Assembly (NCBI GenBank): GCA_030390025.1
Contig: CM059438.1
Span: 65,908,001-65,972,000, forward strand
Direction: 5' to 3'
Source: Squalus acanthias
Lineage: Eukaryota
DNA length: 64,000 nucleotides
Position numbers and translations under genes: made by a program. Shown here piece by piece: positions 12,031 through 22,664 of this stretch. The notes beneath the pieces were generated by a model. The model made no database searches. It was given only the letters and a program-made list of their open reading frames with translations, and was not told the origin of the DNA. Within the stretch, counting starts at the first letter, position 1, and every line of letters starts with the position of its first letter.

Positions 12031-12965
12031 TTGCCAAAGGTTTAAGGACAGAGCTACATATATTCCGGCACGGACTCGATGGGCCGAATGGCCTCCTTCT
12101 GTGCCGTTATGACTCTCTGACTTATGACTCTATATCCCATTGACATGGGCAGGTGCCAGCTGCTGAAAGTAGAGGGTATTGGTTTTCCGCGTGTACCCCG
12201 GCAGAAAGAGTCAGTAACACGTGCTCACGGCAATGGTATTGCCTGCTTCAGATGTTTTCACTTTTTTTTTTGCTGCATTGCAGTACAAAACTCGCAGTTT
12301 GAAAATATTCGATAAAATGCAGCCTGCTTATTGTAGTGGCGGAGCAATCGACCGCCTTTCCCAGTCATGGGTTTAGAGTCCAGCCTCAATCGTCAGTTTA
12401 ACTTGGTTATCCGTTCCCAGGGGGAGGCTGGAGATCCGCCAGTTCTCAATAGATAGTCACTCAGCCCAGAGAGACCTACTGTTAAAATGCATCTCTGCCA
12501 ACTGATGTGAAATGGTAATGAAGATTAAATCTATGGTTGGGACAGTTGATGGAGGGATAACTTGGGGATCAATAAGATACCATTGAGCATTTTTGAAGTA
12601 AGGCAAGAAGGAATTGTTGCTTTTCCGTGTTTTTTAGTCTCTGCTGACAAATAGACTCATGTAAGATCACTGGCATTTGGATTTGTTTCAAGCAACATCT
12701 AAACCTCTCCAATTCTCAAATCTCTATATCCCAATATGCACCATTGATAGGAAGCTGTACGAGTGACCATCATTCAGGCTTATAACAGGTACCTGTGACT
12801 GGCCAGTAGGAGATGCATGAGAGTGGAGACTCGGACTCGTGTTTCTAAGTTTTATTTTCAGTTCTCTGATGGGCGAGAGGGAAAATGCAAATGCCTCAGT
12901 TGTAATACTTGCAAAAGTGAGAAGTCGCACAACACCAGGTTATAGTCCAACAGCTTTATTTGAAA

Positions 12966-13002
12966 TCACAAGCTTTCGGAGCGCAGCTCCTTCGTCAGGT
13001 GA
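12966..13002 (-). ncRNA. Minimal type I hammerhead ribozyme motif
   Basis: Minus strand: UCAC-CUGACGA-A-GGAGC UGC GCUCC-GAAA-GC-UU-GUGA. Stem I UCAC/GUGA, 5-bp stem II, palindromic AGCU in place of stem III. Confidence 0.8.
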
Positions 13003-13123
13003 AGTGAAGGAATACAAATGGGCACAGCATATATAGACAGAGAACAATGCCTGTGCAGAGGACAATGCCAGACGGGCATTGTTCTCTGTCTATATATGCT
13101 GTGCCCATTTGTATTTCTTCACT

Positions 13124-13160
13124 TCACCTGACGAAGGAGCAGCGCTCCGAAAGCTTATGA
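13124..13160 (+). ncRNA. Minimal hammerhead ribozyme motif (stem I mismatch)
   Basis: UCAC-CUGACGA-A-GGAGC AGC GCUCC-GAAA-GC-UU-AUGA. A G>A change breaks the first stem I pair. Confidence 0.7.
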
Positions 13161-14509
13161 TTTCAAATGAAGCTGTTGGACTATAACCTGGCGTTGTGCG
13201 ACTTCTCACTTTTGTCCACCCCAGTCCAACACCGGCATCTCCGCATCGTAATACTTGCAAACCAGGATGGCCATAGATGTGATCACAGGGTGTTGGTCTG
13301 GGTTGGTCTCATTGCCACTGGGCAGGGGAGGGGAAATAGTCTGGCAACACTCACTGTCCAGGCTCATGTGTAAAGAATGGGCACTCGCGTGAAGTGCCTT
13401 CAAGAATGAGGAGGCGGGGGGGAGGGGGAGCGCAGGAACATATAGAGCAGGAATGGGTGGAGGCGAGAGGAGGAGAGAGAATTCCCCTTCCTCTGTTCGA
13501 CACATAGCCGTGTTAGGACAACTAGGAAGGAAATCACGGTCACAAGCTCTGACCTCCCCATCAACACCACAATGCTGAGTCGCTGCATTCAATATTTGAA
13601 TCAGGCCTTACGTTACATTACACACAGTCAGCTTAATACTTGAAGGGCTGAGCTGAGCAAAACCTCTGCTGCTGGTTAAGATCTGGCACGCTCACAATTG
13701 CAATAAAAGACTTGGTGATGTATTGTCCTGTAGAAGGGAATCCTTGGGTCTTATTTGTTTTTGCTGGCATCTGTAGGAGGAGATGTAGCTCGGAATAAAA
13801 GGCAGGAGCAAAAAGCAAAGCATCTTTAAAACAAGGAGATATGAATATAAAGTGGAGGGGCGGGCGAAGTAAAAACTTCAAAGTGTCCTTGTCTTAAGTG
13901 ACATGTAGAGTCGAGCACTCCACAGAATAATATATTGAACAGCACAATTTCCAAGTAGAAAGAACAAATGAATCAAATCTCTTAAAGGGAAAGGGAAGTC
14001 GAAGAGAGTACATTTTGTTCAACGTACTTGGCCAGAACATACATACCCCTTTAAGGGATTCCAGCTGGGCACTGGGCAGACACTGACTCAGATATTTAGA
14101 GCATCACCACATTGCAAATTATTAACTGAAGTCTGATAAAAGGAGGACATTTTAAAAGTTTGATGCCTTCTAACTGCTGATGCTTTGAATTGCTGCCAGG
14201 GAGGAAGATCAAAGGATTAGTTTACGACGTGCAAAATTACAAATGTATCTAACATCTTATTTGTCTACAATTATCTCGAATGCCTGTTGAGATGAATTGG
14301 TTCCACTTAGTGCAGCTATACAAGGTCAGCTCAGCTGTGGTTTGAGCCTGCTTCACTGATAATGACCTGCTTATACCAATTTCCACAGCCCAGAAACCCA
14401 GAATGATCTGATCCCATTCCTGAGGCACCAGAAGCGTAACCTGTGCTTGGGCTGCTTTGTACTGACGCTGGGAACAGGAGGGTTGCATCACCCTCCTAGG
14501 TGAACATAG

Positions 14510-14925
14510 AAGATCCCACGGCACTATTTCGAAGAAAAGCGGAGGAGTTCTCCCTGGTGTCTGGACAATATTTATCCCTCAAACAGCTAAGTGCACTGCA
14601 TGCGCGCAGCCTGTAGCGCGCACGCGGTTCAGCTAGGAACCGCCCCCTTTTCCATTCACCAAGTGCCGGTTTTCAGCGCATGCGCAGTGCATGCAGAAAA
14701 CCAGCAATTGGAGACAGAATACGCGAGAGTACGCACTGCGTACTCTCGCGTAGCGGCACTAATTTTTGGGCCATTATCTGGTCATTATCACATTGCTGTG
14801 CATAAATTGGCTGCCGTGTTTCCTACATTACAACAGTGACTACATGTCAAAAAGTACTTCATTGGCTGTAAAGCGCTGTGGGTCGTCCTGAGGATATGCA
14901 AGGCGCTATATGCAAGTCATTCTTT
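14510..14925 (+). mobile_element. Deu-type SINE interrupted by a CpG-rich MITE-like insert (~14591-14772)
   Basis: SINE core stops at ~14585 and resumes at ATTATCTGGTCATT (~14773). The insert ends in AATTTTTGGGCC, a Harbinger-like terminus. Confidence 0.65.
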
Positions 14926-15489
14926 ATATATGATCCTAGCTAGAGAGTGGGGGGGTGGTTGGAGTATCCCAGGGGTCTGATCCTTTCCTCATCTGATGCA
15001 ATAAAAGGCCCAAGTGGTCCCTTCCACAGGACAATACATCAGGACTGCTTTTGCTGTAAATGTGAATAGGTTGCATCTTAGCCAGCAGGTCTAGTTTTGA
15101 GTGCACTGTCTCAAAGTTTCACTTAGATAGCCAGAGTCTCGTCAACCTGCCATTGTATGGCCATCATTTCTCTATTTCAAAACTGTTTCTTTGATCTCTG
15201 CAGCTGTGGCATGGGGCAGGTGGCAGTGCAATGAATCTTGGTACCCGCGGGTCGGGGAGGGTAAACCCAGCCAGGGTTCTGATCGCCACCCAGTGGCCAC
15301 TGCTGTGATTGTTTGTGTATGGACATCAGATGAGGACGGAGCCGGGCTTGGCTGTGATGTCCCAACTCTCCCATCGCATTCCAATAACCTGCTTATACTC
15401 ACCGTCAGGACTCACACAGGAAGAATGGTCACTTGGGTGAGGTACTGGCGGGCAGCTGGTGCCCGTGATACCATACCCCAAGCAAGGCT

Positions 15490-16160
15490 TAACAGCAACA
15501 ACAACTTGCATTTTTATGACACCTTTAACGTAGTAAAATGTCCCAAGGCACCTCACAGGAGCGTTATCAGACAAAAATTGACACCGAGCTACATAAAGAG
15601 ATATTAGTGCAGGCGTCTCAAAGCTTGATTAAAGAGGTAGGTTTTAAGGAGCATCTTAAAGTAGGAGAGAGAGGCAGATAGATTTAGGGAAGGAATTCCA
15701 GTGCTTAGGGCATAGATGACTGAATGTATGGTTGCCAATGGTGGAGCGAAGGGGATGCACAAGAGGTCAGAATTCAAGGAATGCAGAATTCTCGGAGGGT
15801 TGTAGTGCTGGAGGAGGTTACAGAGATAGGGAGGGACTAGGCCATGGAGGTATTTGAACATGAAGGATTAGAATTTTAAAATCGAGGCATTGGCGGACTG
15901 GGAGCCAATGTAGGTCAACGAGCATAAGGATAATGGGTGAACGGGACCTGGTGCGAGTTAGGGTACAGGCTGCTGAGCTTTGGATGAGCTTAAGTTCATG
16001 GAGGGTAGGAGGGTGGCCAAGAGAGCATTGGAATATTCGAGTATGGAGGTAACAAAAGCATGGATGAGGGTTTCAGCAGCATATGGTCTCAAGCAGGGGT
16101 GGAGATGGGTGATATCACAGAGATGGAAGTAGGCATTATTGGTGATGTGGAGTTTATGGA
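15490..16160 (-). mobile_element. L2 LINE 3' fragment
   Basis: ORF 15604-15861 reads FKYLHGLVPPYLCNLLQ...FKMLLKTYLF. Tail TAAAATGCAAG(TTG)n on the minus strand. Confidence 0.85.
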
Positions 16161-16199
16161 GTCAGAAGGATAAGGAGAAAAAATTGGTGGGTAAGAAGG

Positions 16200-16625
16200 A
16201 AGAAAAAAACTTGTATTTATATGCACATCCTCAGACCATCAGAAAGAGCTTGACATCCTATGGTTTACTTCTTGAACTGCAGTCACTTCAAGAAGTTGCA
16301 AGTGTAGGCAAGCAAAGCAGGATCCCAAAAACAGCAAATAAACAAATCAGCAGATAATTTGTTTTCTGCAATGTTGGTTGAGGGATGAATGTTGGCCAGG
16401 TCACTGGAAGTACTCTCTGCACCTTTTCCAATTGGTAAATGGAATCCCCTATGTCCACCAGAGCACATGGACAGGACCTCTGTCTAAAATCTCATCTGAA
16501 AGATGACACCTCCCACAATGCCACACTCCCTTAGTACTGCACAGGAGTGTCAACCTATATTGTGCATTCAAAACGCACAACTGTCTGATTCAAAGGCGCG
16601 AGTACTATCCACTGAGCCAAAACTT
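16200..16625 (-). mobile_element. Deu-type SINE, diverged
   Basis: Reverse complement of head, core and tail. Confidence 0.65.
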
Positions 16626-17199
16626 ACACTTAACAAGATTGGAAAGAATTCCTGCCTCTGTCTTGGTTTCAAGTTGACAGTGTATCAATTACCCTGATTA
16701 CAGCTGGCCTTGTAAAATTAAGGTGCCTGGTACAGAGACCAGATTTCAAGTTGCCCCCCCCGCCCCCCCCCCCGTGTTTAAAACCTCACAGCGGAGCTAC
16801 TTAAATCATCAAAATTGTTAAGTGTGGAAAGTGGTGAAGATAGTCCAAGTCGTAACAGAACAACGTTTAAGTATGTCATGAGCATCCTGCAGTCGAGGGG
16901 AGGCCCTTCCCAATCAAAGCTTTAAAGTTACGCACTTTAGCAATTGTACCAGGTTCGCAGCGACACAAAGTACCTGGAGTTTAAACAAGGTTAATGGGTT
17001 TGTAACTGATCTGGTGTGAATAATCAGATGTGAAGGGCAAGTGACTCTCAGCCTGCAAATGTTGAATGTTAGAACCCATGTGTCACGGAGGTTAATTTAA
17101 TTTGACACCATCTGGCTCATGCAGAGGTTCAGTGCACAGGTGAGTACAAACAGCTAAGTCGACAAGCCGCCATTGCCACAGCACAAAGAGAAGATGGCT

Positions 17200-17720
17200 A
17201 AGGGAAGGACCTCATTGAAGGTTATAAAATATTAAATACCTCAGATAAGGCCATTCCTGAATGTTAACTTTAAAAGGAAAATTCCGCAGAGGGACTTCAA
17301 GGCCAATGCCAGACTTAAAAGCTTGTGAGCTGCAAAGCGTGATTGTACACCCTGGGACTTCCACTCAAGAGAGAAGACTTGAGTTTTAAGATCACGAACA
17401 GGTTTGATAAGTTGGAAACAAATAGGTTTTTCTGCACTTACAGAATTGCAATACCCGGACTCATAGATTCGAAATGAGGAAAAATACCATAAATGAGTAA
17501 TTCAGACAGAATCTCTTTAGCAAAAAGGTTATTGATATAGAAGAAGTGCTAGTGTAGGTGGTTGAATGAGAAACTTTAAATGTTCCAAAAAGGAAATAGA
17601 TACATTTCTCCAGCTAAAGCAATTTAAGATTGTTAAATGTTATAAATAATGGAGTAGATAATTGGATGCACAGACTAGATGGACAAATTGTTTTCTCCTG
17701 CCTGAAATATCTTGCAATCT
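17200..17720 (+). mobile_element. Old degenerate CR1 3' fragments
   Basis: DLIEGYKIL- and FKITNRFDK-like remnants with a CR1-like 3' UTR. Confidence 0.5.
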
Positions 17721-17755
17721 TATTGGTAATGCATGGTTGTATAGCATAATATTTG

Positions 17756-18030
17756 AAAGAAAAAAAGAAAGACTTGCATTTATATGGCGTCTTTCACGAC
17801 CACCGGATGTCCCAAAGCGCTTTACAGCCAATGAAGTACTTTTGAAGCGTATTCACTGTTGTAATGTAGGAATCGTGGCAGCCAATTTGTGCACAGCAAG
17901 CTCCCAACAAACAGCAATGTGACAATGACCAGATAATCTGTTTTAGTGATGTTGATTGAGGGATAAATATTAGCTAGGACAATCTTCGAAATAGTGCCAT
18001 TGGATCTTTTGCGTCCAACTGAGAGGGCAG
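17756..18030 (-). mobile_element. Deu-type SINE 3' part
   Basis: (GAAA)n-GACTTGCATTTATAT... is the reverse complement of the SINE tail and core. Confidence 0.8.
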
Positions 18031-18159
18031 ACCATGGGGGTGGAGAGAGAACAAAAATCTAGGGATCAGTTTTCCTTCATTGCGAACTTGTGAAAAGAGT
18101 AGTACATCGATAACAATTTTGAATTGGCATTGACTAAAGGAACAAAAGACTTGCAGTGC

Positions 18160-18482
18160 CCTTCCAATGAGACTTTAAATCAGGGCCGTGTCTGCCTGCT
18201 TTGATGGTTCGAGTGAATGCTAAAGATCCCATGACATTGTGTGAAAGACAGGGACTTCTCCTGGTGTGCTCGGCAACATTCCTTCTACCACCAACACCAG
18301 CAAAAATAAGTTAACTGGGCTTTCTGTTTGCTGGACATTGCTGTATAGAGATTAGCTGCAAATTTGCCCACATAATGACATTGATTGTACCGTACTTCAA
18401 AAGAAAATTCATTAGATGTGAAGCCCTTTTGATTGCCCTTAGAGGTGTGATAGATGCTATATAAATGCAAGTTCTTTCTTTA
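18160..18482 (+). mobile_element. Deu-type SINE, diverged
   Basis: AAAGATCCCATGACA core and TATATAAATGCAAGTTCTTTC tail. Confidence 0.65.
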
Positions 18483-18821
18483 CATAGCTGCTTATCACAG
18501 CTTCCAGAAACATCTTCATTGCTTCACATCTAATGAATTACCTCGAAATGTAGTGACTGTTATGTAGCTAAACTGTAAGATGCAGAGTAATTGCATTGCA
18601 GCTGGAAGCATTCAATTCTATATCTCCTTAAATGAGACATATGGCACAAGGATGACTTATAAGCTGCCCTGTATCTTTACTTTCCCCATTGTCCACCTGC
18701 AGGCCCAGATTCCAGTCTTTCTTTCTAAAAAAAAATACTTCATGTCAGGTGATGAAGGGATCCGTGGAAAAGGCCATCACTCTGACCATCCCATCATCCT
18801 GGGCAGAAGAATAGAGGAGCA

Positions 18822-19225
18822 CAACAACAACTTGCATTTATATAGCGCTTTTAACATAGTAAAACATCCCAAGGTGCTTCACAGAAGTGTTATCAGACAA
18901 TATTTGGCACCGGGCCACATAATGAGATATGAGGACCGGTGAACAAAAGTTTGGTCAAAGAGTTGGGTTCTGAGGAGCGTCTTGAAGGAGCGTAGCGAGG
19001 CGGAGATGTTTAGGGAGGGAATTCCAGAGCTTAGGGCCTTGGCAGCTGAAGGCACAGCTGCCAATGGTCTAGCAATTAAAATCGGGGATGTGCAAGAGGC
19101 CAGAATTGGAGGAGCACAGTATTCTCGGAGGGTTGTAGGGCTGGAGGAGGTTGCAGAGATAGGGAGGGGCGAGGCTATGGAGGGATTCGAAAACAAGGAT
19201 GAGAATTTTAAAATCGCGGCGTTGC
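18822..19225 (-). mobile_element. L2 LINE 3' fragment
   Basis: DFKILILVFESLHSLAPPYLCNLLQPYNPPR; (CAA)n tail on the plus strand. Confidence 0.85.
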
Positions 19226-19955
19226 CACAGACAGAAACAAAGAGGAAAGACTTGGAAAAGTATAAGCAAAACTCTCTTCATTCTTACATCAATTTAAGTT
19301 AGTATTAGCATAGACTAAGCATTAATATTTCATAGCCGACTGGAGCAGATGGATACTAGGCCCACTGAATCACCAGCTGGATAGTGCACAAAAATAAAAA
19401 GGAGCATTTAACTGGCAATTACATGTCAAGATTTGTGAAGCGCAGCACTTACCAGAAGTCTCAATGTACAACATTCTGATAATCCAGGTCCTGTCAGAAG
19501 CTATAGGGGTTGACACTAATGGAGTTTGGATGAATTTAGCTGCATTAAATGATGAAGAATGTCAACCTGACTTCTGTGTTTAAATAATTCCAGGGCTTCA
19601 GGTATTCTGTGTTACCATTTCATTAGCAGCACTGTCCATTTAGCACAATTGAAAACTGATTAGCTGGTGATGGACTTTGATTTGCCCTGTTTCAGGATTG
19701 CACCAACCAGCTTCAGGTACATGATAATGAACGTGTAGCATGTCAGATTGAAAATCGTGCCTATCGTGAGCTTTTTAAGTTATATATAAATTAGTGTGTT
19801 GGCTCAGTTCTACAGAACCTTGATGTTTGGGAGTGGGCTTCACTACACAGTTGGAAGCTGAGCTTACTGGTGACGGTAACTGGATAAGCAGAAATATTCA
19901 GTACTGGATGAGCAGAAATTTCCTCCAACTAAATATTGGGAAGACCGAAGTCATT

Positions 19956-21733
19956 AGCCGTGACTTTCCCTACCTTGGCAGGTCTGTGGCGGGCGAGGTC
20001 GGTGGCGGGTCGTGGCCTCGCTACTGGTTCCATCCAGGCCTCCGACATGACTTTCCCCTGATTGGGCTTGTTAAGCCCGCCCAGTGCGTTTGCCGATCCA
20101 ATTGAAGGAAGCGGGTCTGATGACGTCATTTGATGACACGTCATCAGCCGGTTTCCTTAAAGGGACCACGCACAAATTTACTTTGATGTTTGTGCTGTCA
20201 GTGATCTACAGCATTGAGGTGCTGCAAACACTGACAAGCACTGCACAGAAGTGCACGGCTGCACCCAGGCTCTCCCATGACTTCCTCCATATGCTTATGG
20301 AGGGAGTCGCAGCCCACAGGGAGGTCCTCTTCCTTTCCAATGGGTGGAAGAGACCTCCCCAGGAGACCAATGCAGCCTGGTTGCACATTGCACAGGAGGA
20401 CACAAACAGGGATGTCGTCAGGAGGACCGGGTTGCAGTGGTGCAAACCTTTCAATGATCTCAATAGATCACGAAATGTTACTGCAAAGCCACATTCAACC
20501 TTATCCTGCTGTGCCACTCATCACATCCCCATCACTCTGCCTTCCCTACCCTACTCCTGCACATCCTTACTCACACCAACTTACCTTGCACCTCCACCCA
20601 TCCCTCTCTATCTATATTATCACTTCCCCATCTCACTAGTCACCCCTCACACTCACCCTCATCCTAGTCCAATCATACCAACTAACAATTCACAAAGGTA
20701 GACACTTGGGTGTTTTAGCCAATGTTCATGTGAAGTTTCTGTTAATGTGGTGTCAAACATTGAAATCTTTATTTTCAACACTTTGCGTACTTGGACAGAC
20801 TTGGGTGCTCCTTTGGAAGTGACTTAGTGAGTTGCAGTGAATAGTGAGGCATAACGGTACCCCCCGCAATGCTGATGAATGTGAAAGGAATGGCTTGGGC
20901 ATTCTAAGGATGCTTTATGTTGTTGGTGTGGGGTGGTGCCAACCTGGCACATCATGTGGAAGCCAGGGTGTGCAGCATCAAGTGAAGTAAATGTGGCCAT
21001 GGTGAGGCCATCCCTGGTCTCCCGGGCAGCAATGTGGTTGCATGCTGATGCCCTCTTTCCTGTGCAGCATCAGGTGATTACGGAGAAGGTTGGTGTGGTT
21101 GTTAGTGCTGCTGGTGTGCCTGGTGCTGCTGGTGTTGGGGCTGATCGTGGTCAGATTCTGAGGACCAAGGTGAAAGAGTATAAACCGTACCCATGCTGAT
21201 GGAATAGATGGCAGGTGAACTTGAGATGACAGAGAGGTTGTTCCAATGAGGTGACACTAGATAGAGAGTTTGCTCCAAGCACTTGCAACCTGCATAAAGC
21301 TCAATGTGTCTTTCAAATGCAGTAGGCAACAACTTCTGAGCTTGGAAAGTAAACAGCTGTGAGATGGGAGTTTTCATAACATATTTCAAGCTGTCAAGTA
21401 ATGAGATGATTCCATGGCCATTCAACTCCCACCCAGCTTAACAGACGTGATCCCCGAGCAGCGTGGACCCCGTTGGCGAGCTGGTAAATTCTAAAGGTGA
21501 ACTCAAAATTGTTGTTAATCCTCTGTTAACAAGGTCATAATTACTTGAATTGCCTCCCCCACCGCTGCGTGTCGGGTCTGCTCAGCGCTGACAGACCCAA
21601 CATTTGGTAAAGATGCGTGGTAGCGGGTTGACAGCGGGGTCCTGACCCTCTGTCAAAAAAACACAGTTTCCCACCCGACGCGCCACTGATCGCACCCGCT
21701 GACACCCCCCCCACCCCCACCGGAAAATTCCCC
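19956..21733. mobile_element. Non-autonomous Harbinger derivative carrying a Myb/SANT remnant
   Basis: 3-bp TSD ATT (19953-19955, 21734-21736), right terminus GGAAAATTCCCC, and a Myb/SANT-like peptide inside. Confidence 0.75.
20255..20475 (+). pseudogene. Myb/SANT-like DNA-binding domain remnant (Harbinger ORF2)
   Basis: AAPRLSHDFLHMLMEGVAAHREVLF...TNAAWLHIAQE...RRTGLQWCKPFNDL aligns with the ORF2 N-terminus at 2284-2520. Confidence 0.75.
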
Positions 21734-22664
21734 ATTGTCTTCGGGCCCCGCCACAAACTCTGTTCCCTAGTCACCGACTCCATTCCTCTCCCTGGCCACC
21801 GTATGAGACTAAACCAGACTGTTTGCAACCTTGGTGTTATATTAGACCCTGAGATGAGCTTCTGACCACATATCCGCACCATCACCAAGACCACCTACTT
21901 CAACCTCCATAACGTCACCGACTCCGCCCCGCTCAGCTAATCTGCTGATGAAACACTTATCCATGCCTTTGTTACCTCTAAACTTGACTATTCCAATGCC
22001 CTCCTGGCTGGCCTCCCATCTTCCACCCTCCATAAACTTGAGCTCATCCAAAACTCTGCTGCTTGTATCCTAACTCACACCAAGTCCTGTTCACCCATCA
22101 CCCCTGTGCTCGCTGACCTACATTGGTTCCCGGTCCGGCACGCCTCAATTAAAAATTCTCATCCTTGTTTTCAAATCCCTCCCTATCCATGTAACCTCCT
22201 GCCCTACAACCCTCCGAGCTCTCTGCGCTCTTCCAATTCTAGCCTCTTGCACATCCCCTATTTTAATCTCTCCACCATTGGTGGTCGTGCCTTCAGCTGC
22301 CTAGGCCCTAAACTCTGAAATTCTCTCCCTAAACCTTTCCACCTATCTGCCTCTCTCTCCTCTTTTAAGACACTCCTTAAAACCTACCTCTTTGACCATC
22401 TGTCCTAATATCTCCTTATGTGGCTCGGTGTCAAATTTTGACTGATGACGCTCCTGTGAAGCGCCTTGGGAAGTTTTACTATGTTAAAGTTGCTATACAA
22501 ATGCAAGTTGTAATTGTTGTTGGGGTCACAGACTTGAAACGTTAACTCTGTTTCTCACTCCTCGGATGCTGCCTGGCCTGCTGAGTGTTTCCAGCATTTT
22601 CCGTTTTTGTTTCGGATTCCAGCGTCCACATTATTTGGCTATTTACAGTGTTTAATCCACTGCC

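Larger units (their letters stand above)
12916..13247. mobile_element. Fold-back non-autonomous Penelope-like element (family A) with two inverted hammerhead motifs
   Basis: ~135-bp inverted arms plus a short unique 3' extension. 14-bp TSD GTAATACTTGCAAA at 12902-12915 and 13248-13261. Confidence 0.85.
19890..22522 (+). mobile_element. L2 LINE 3' part, split by a Harbinger insertion (19956-21733)
   Basis: WMSRNFLQLNIGKTE stops at 19950 and resumes as IVFGPRHKL at 21734. The uninterrupted junction is visible in the L2 copy at ~63860-63900. Ends in AAATGCAAG(TTG)n. Confidence 0.9.
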
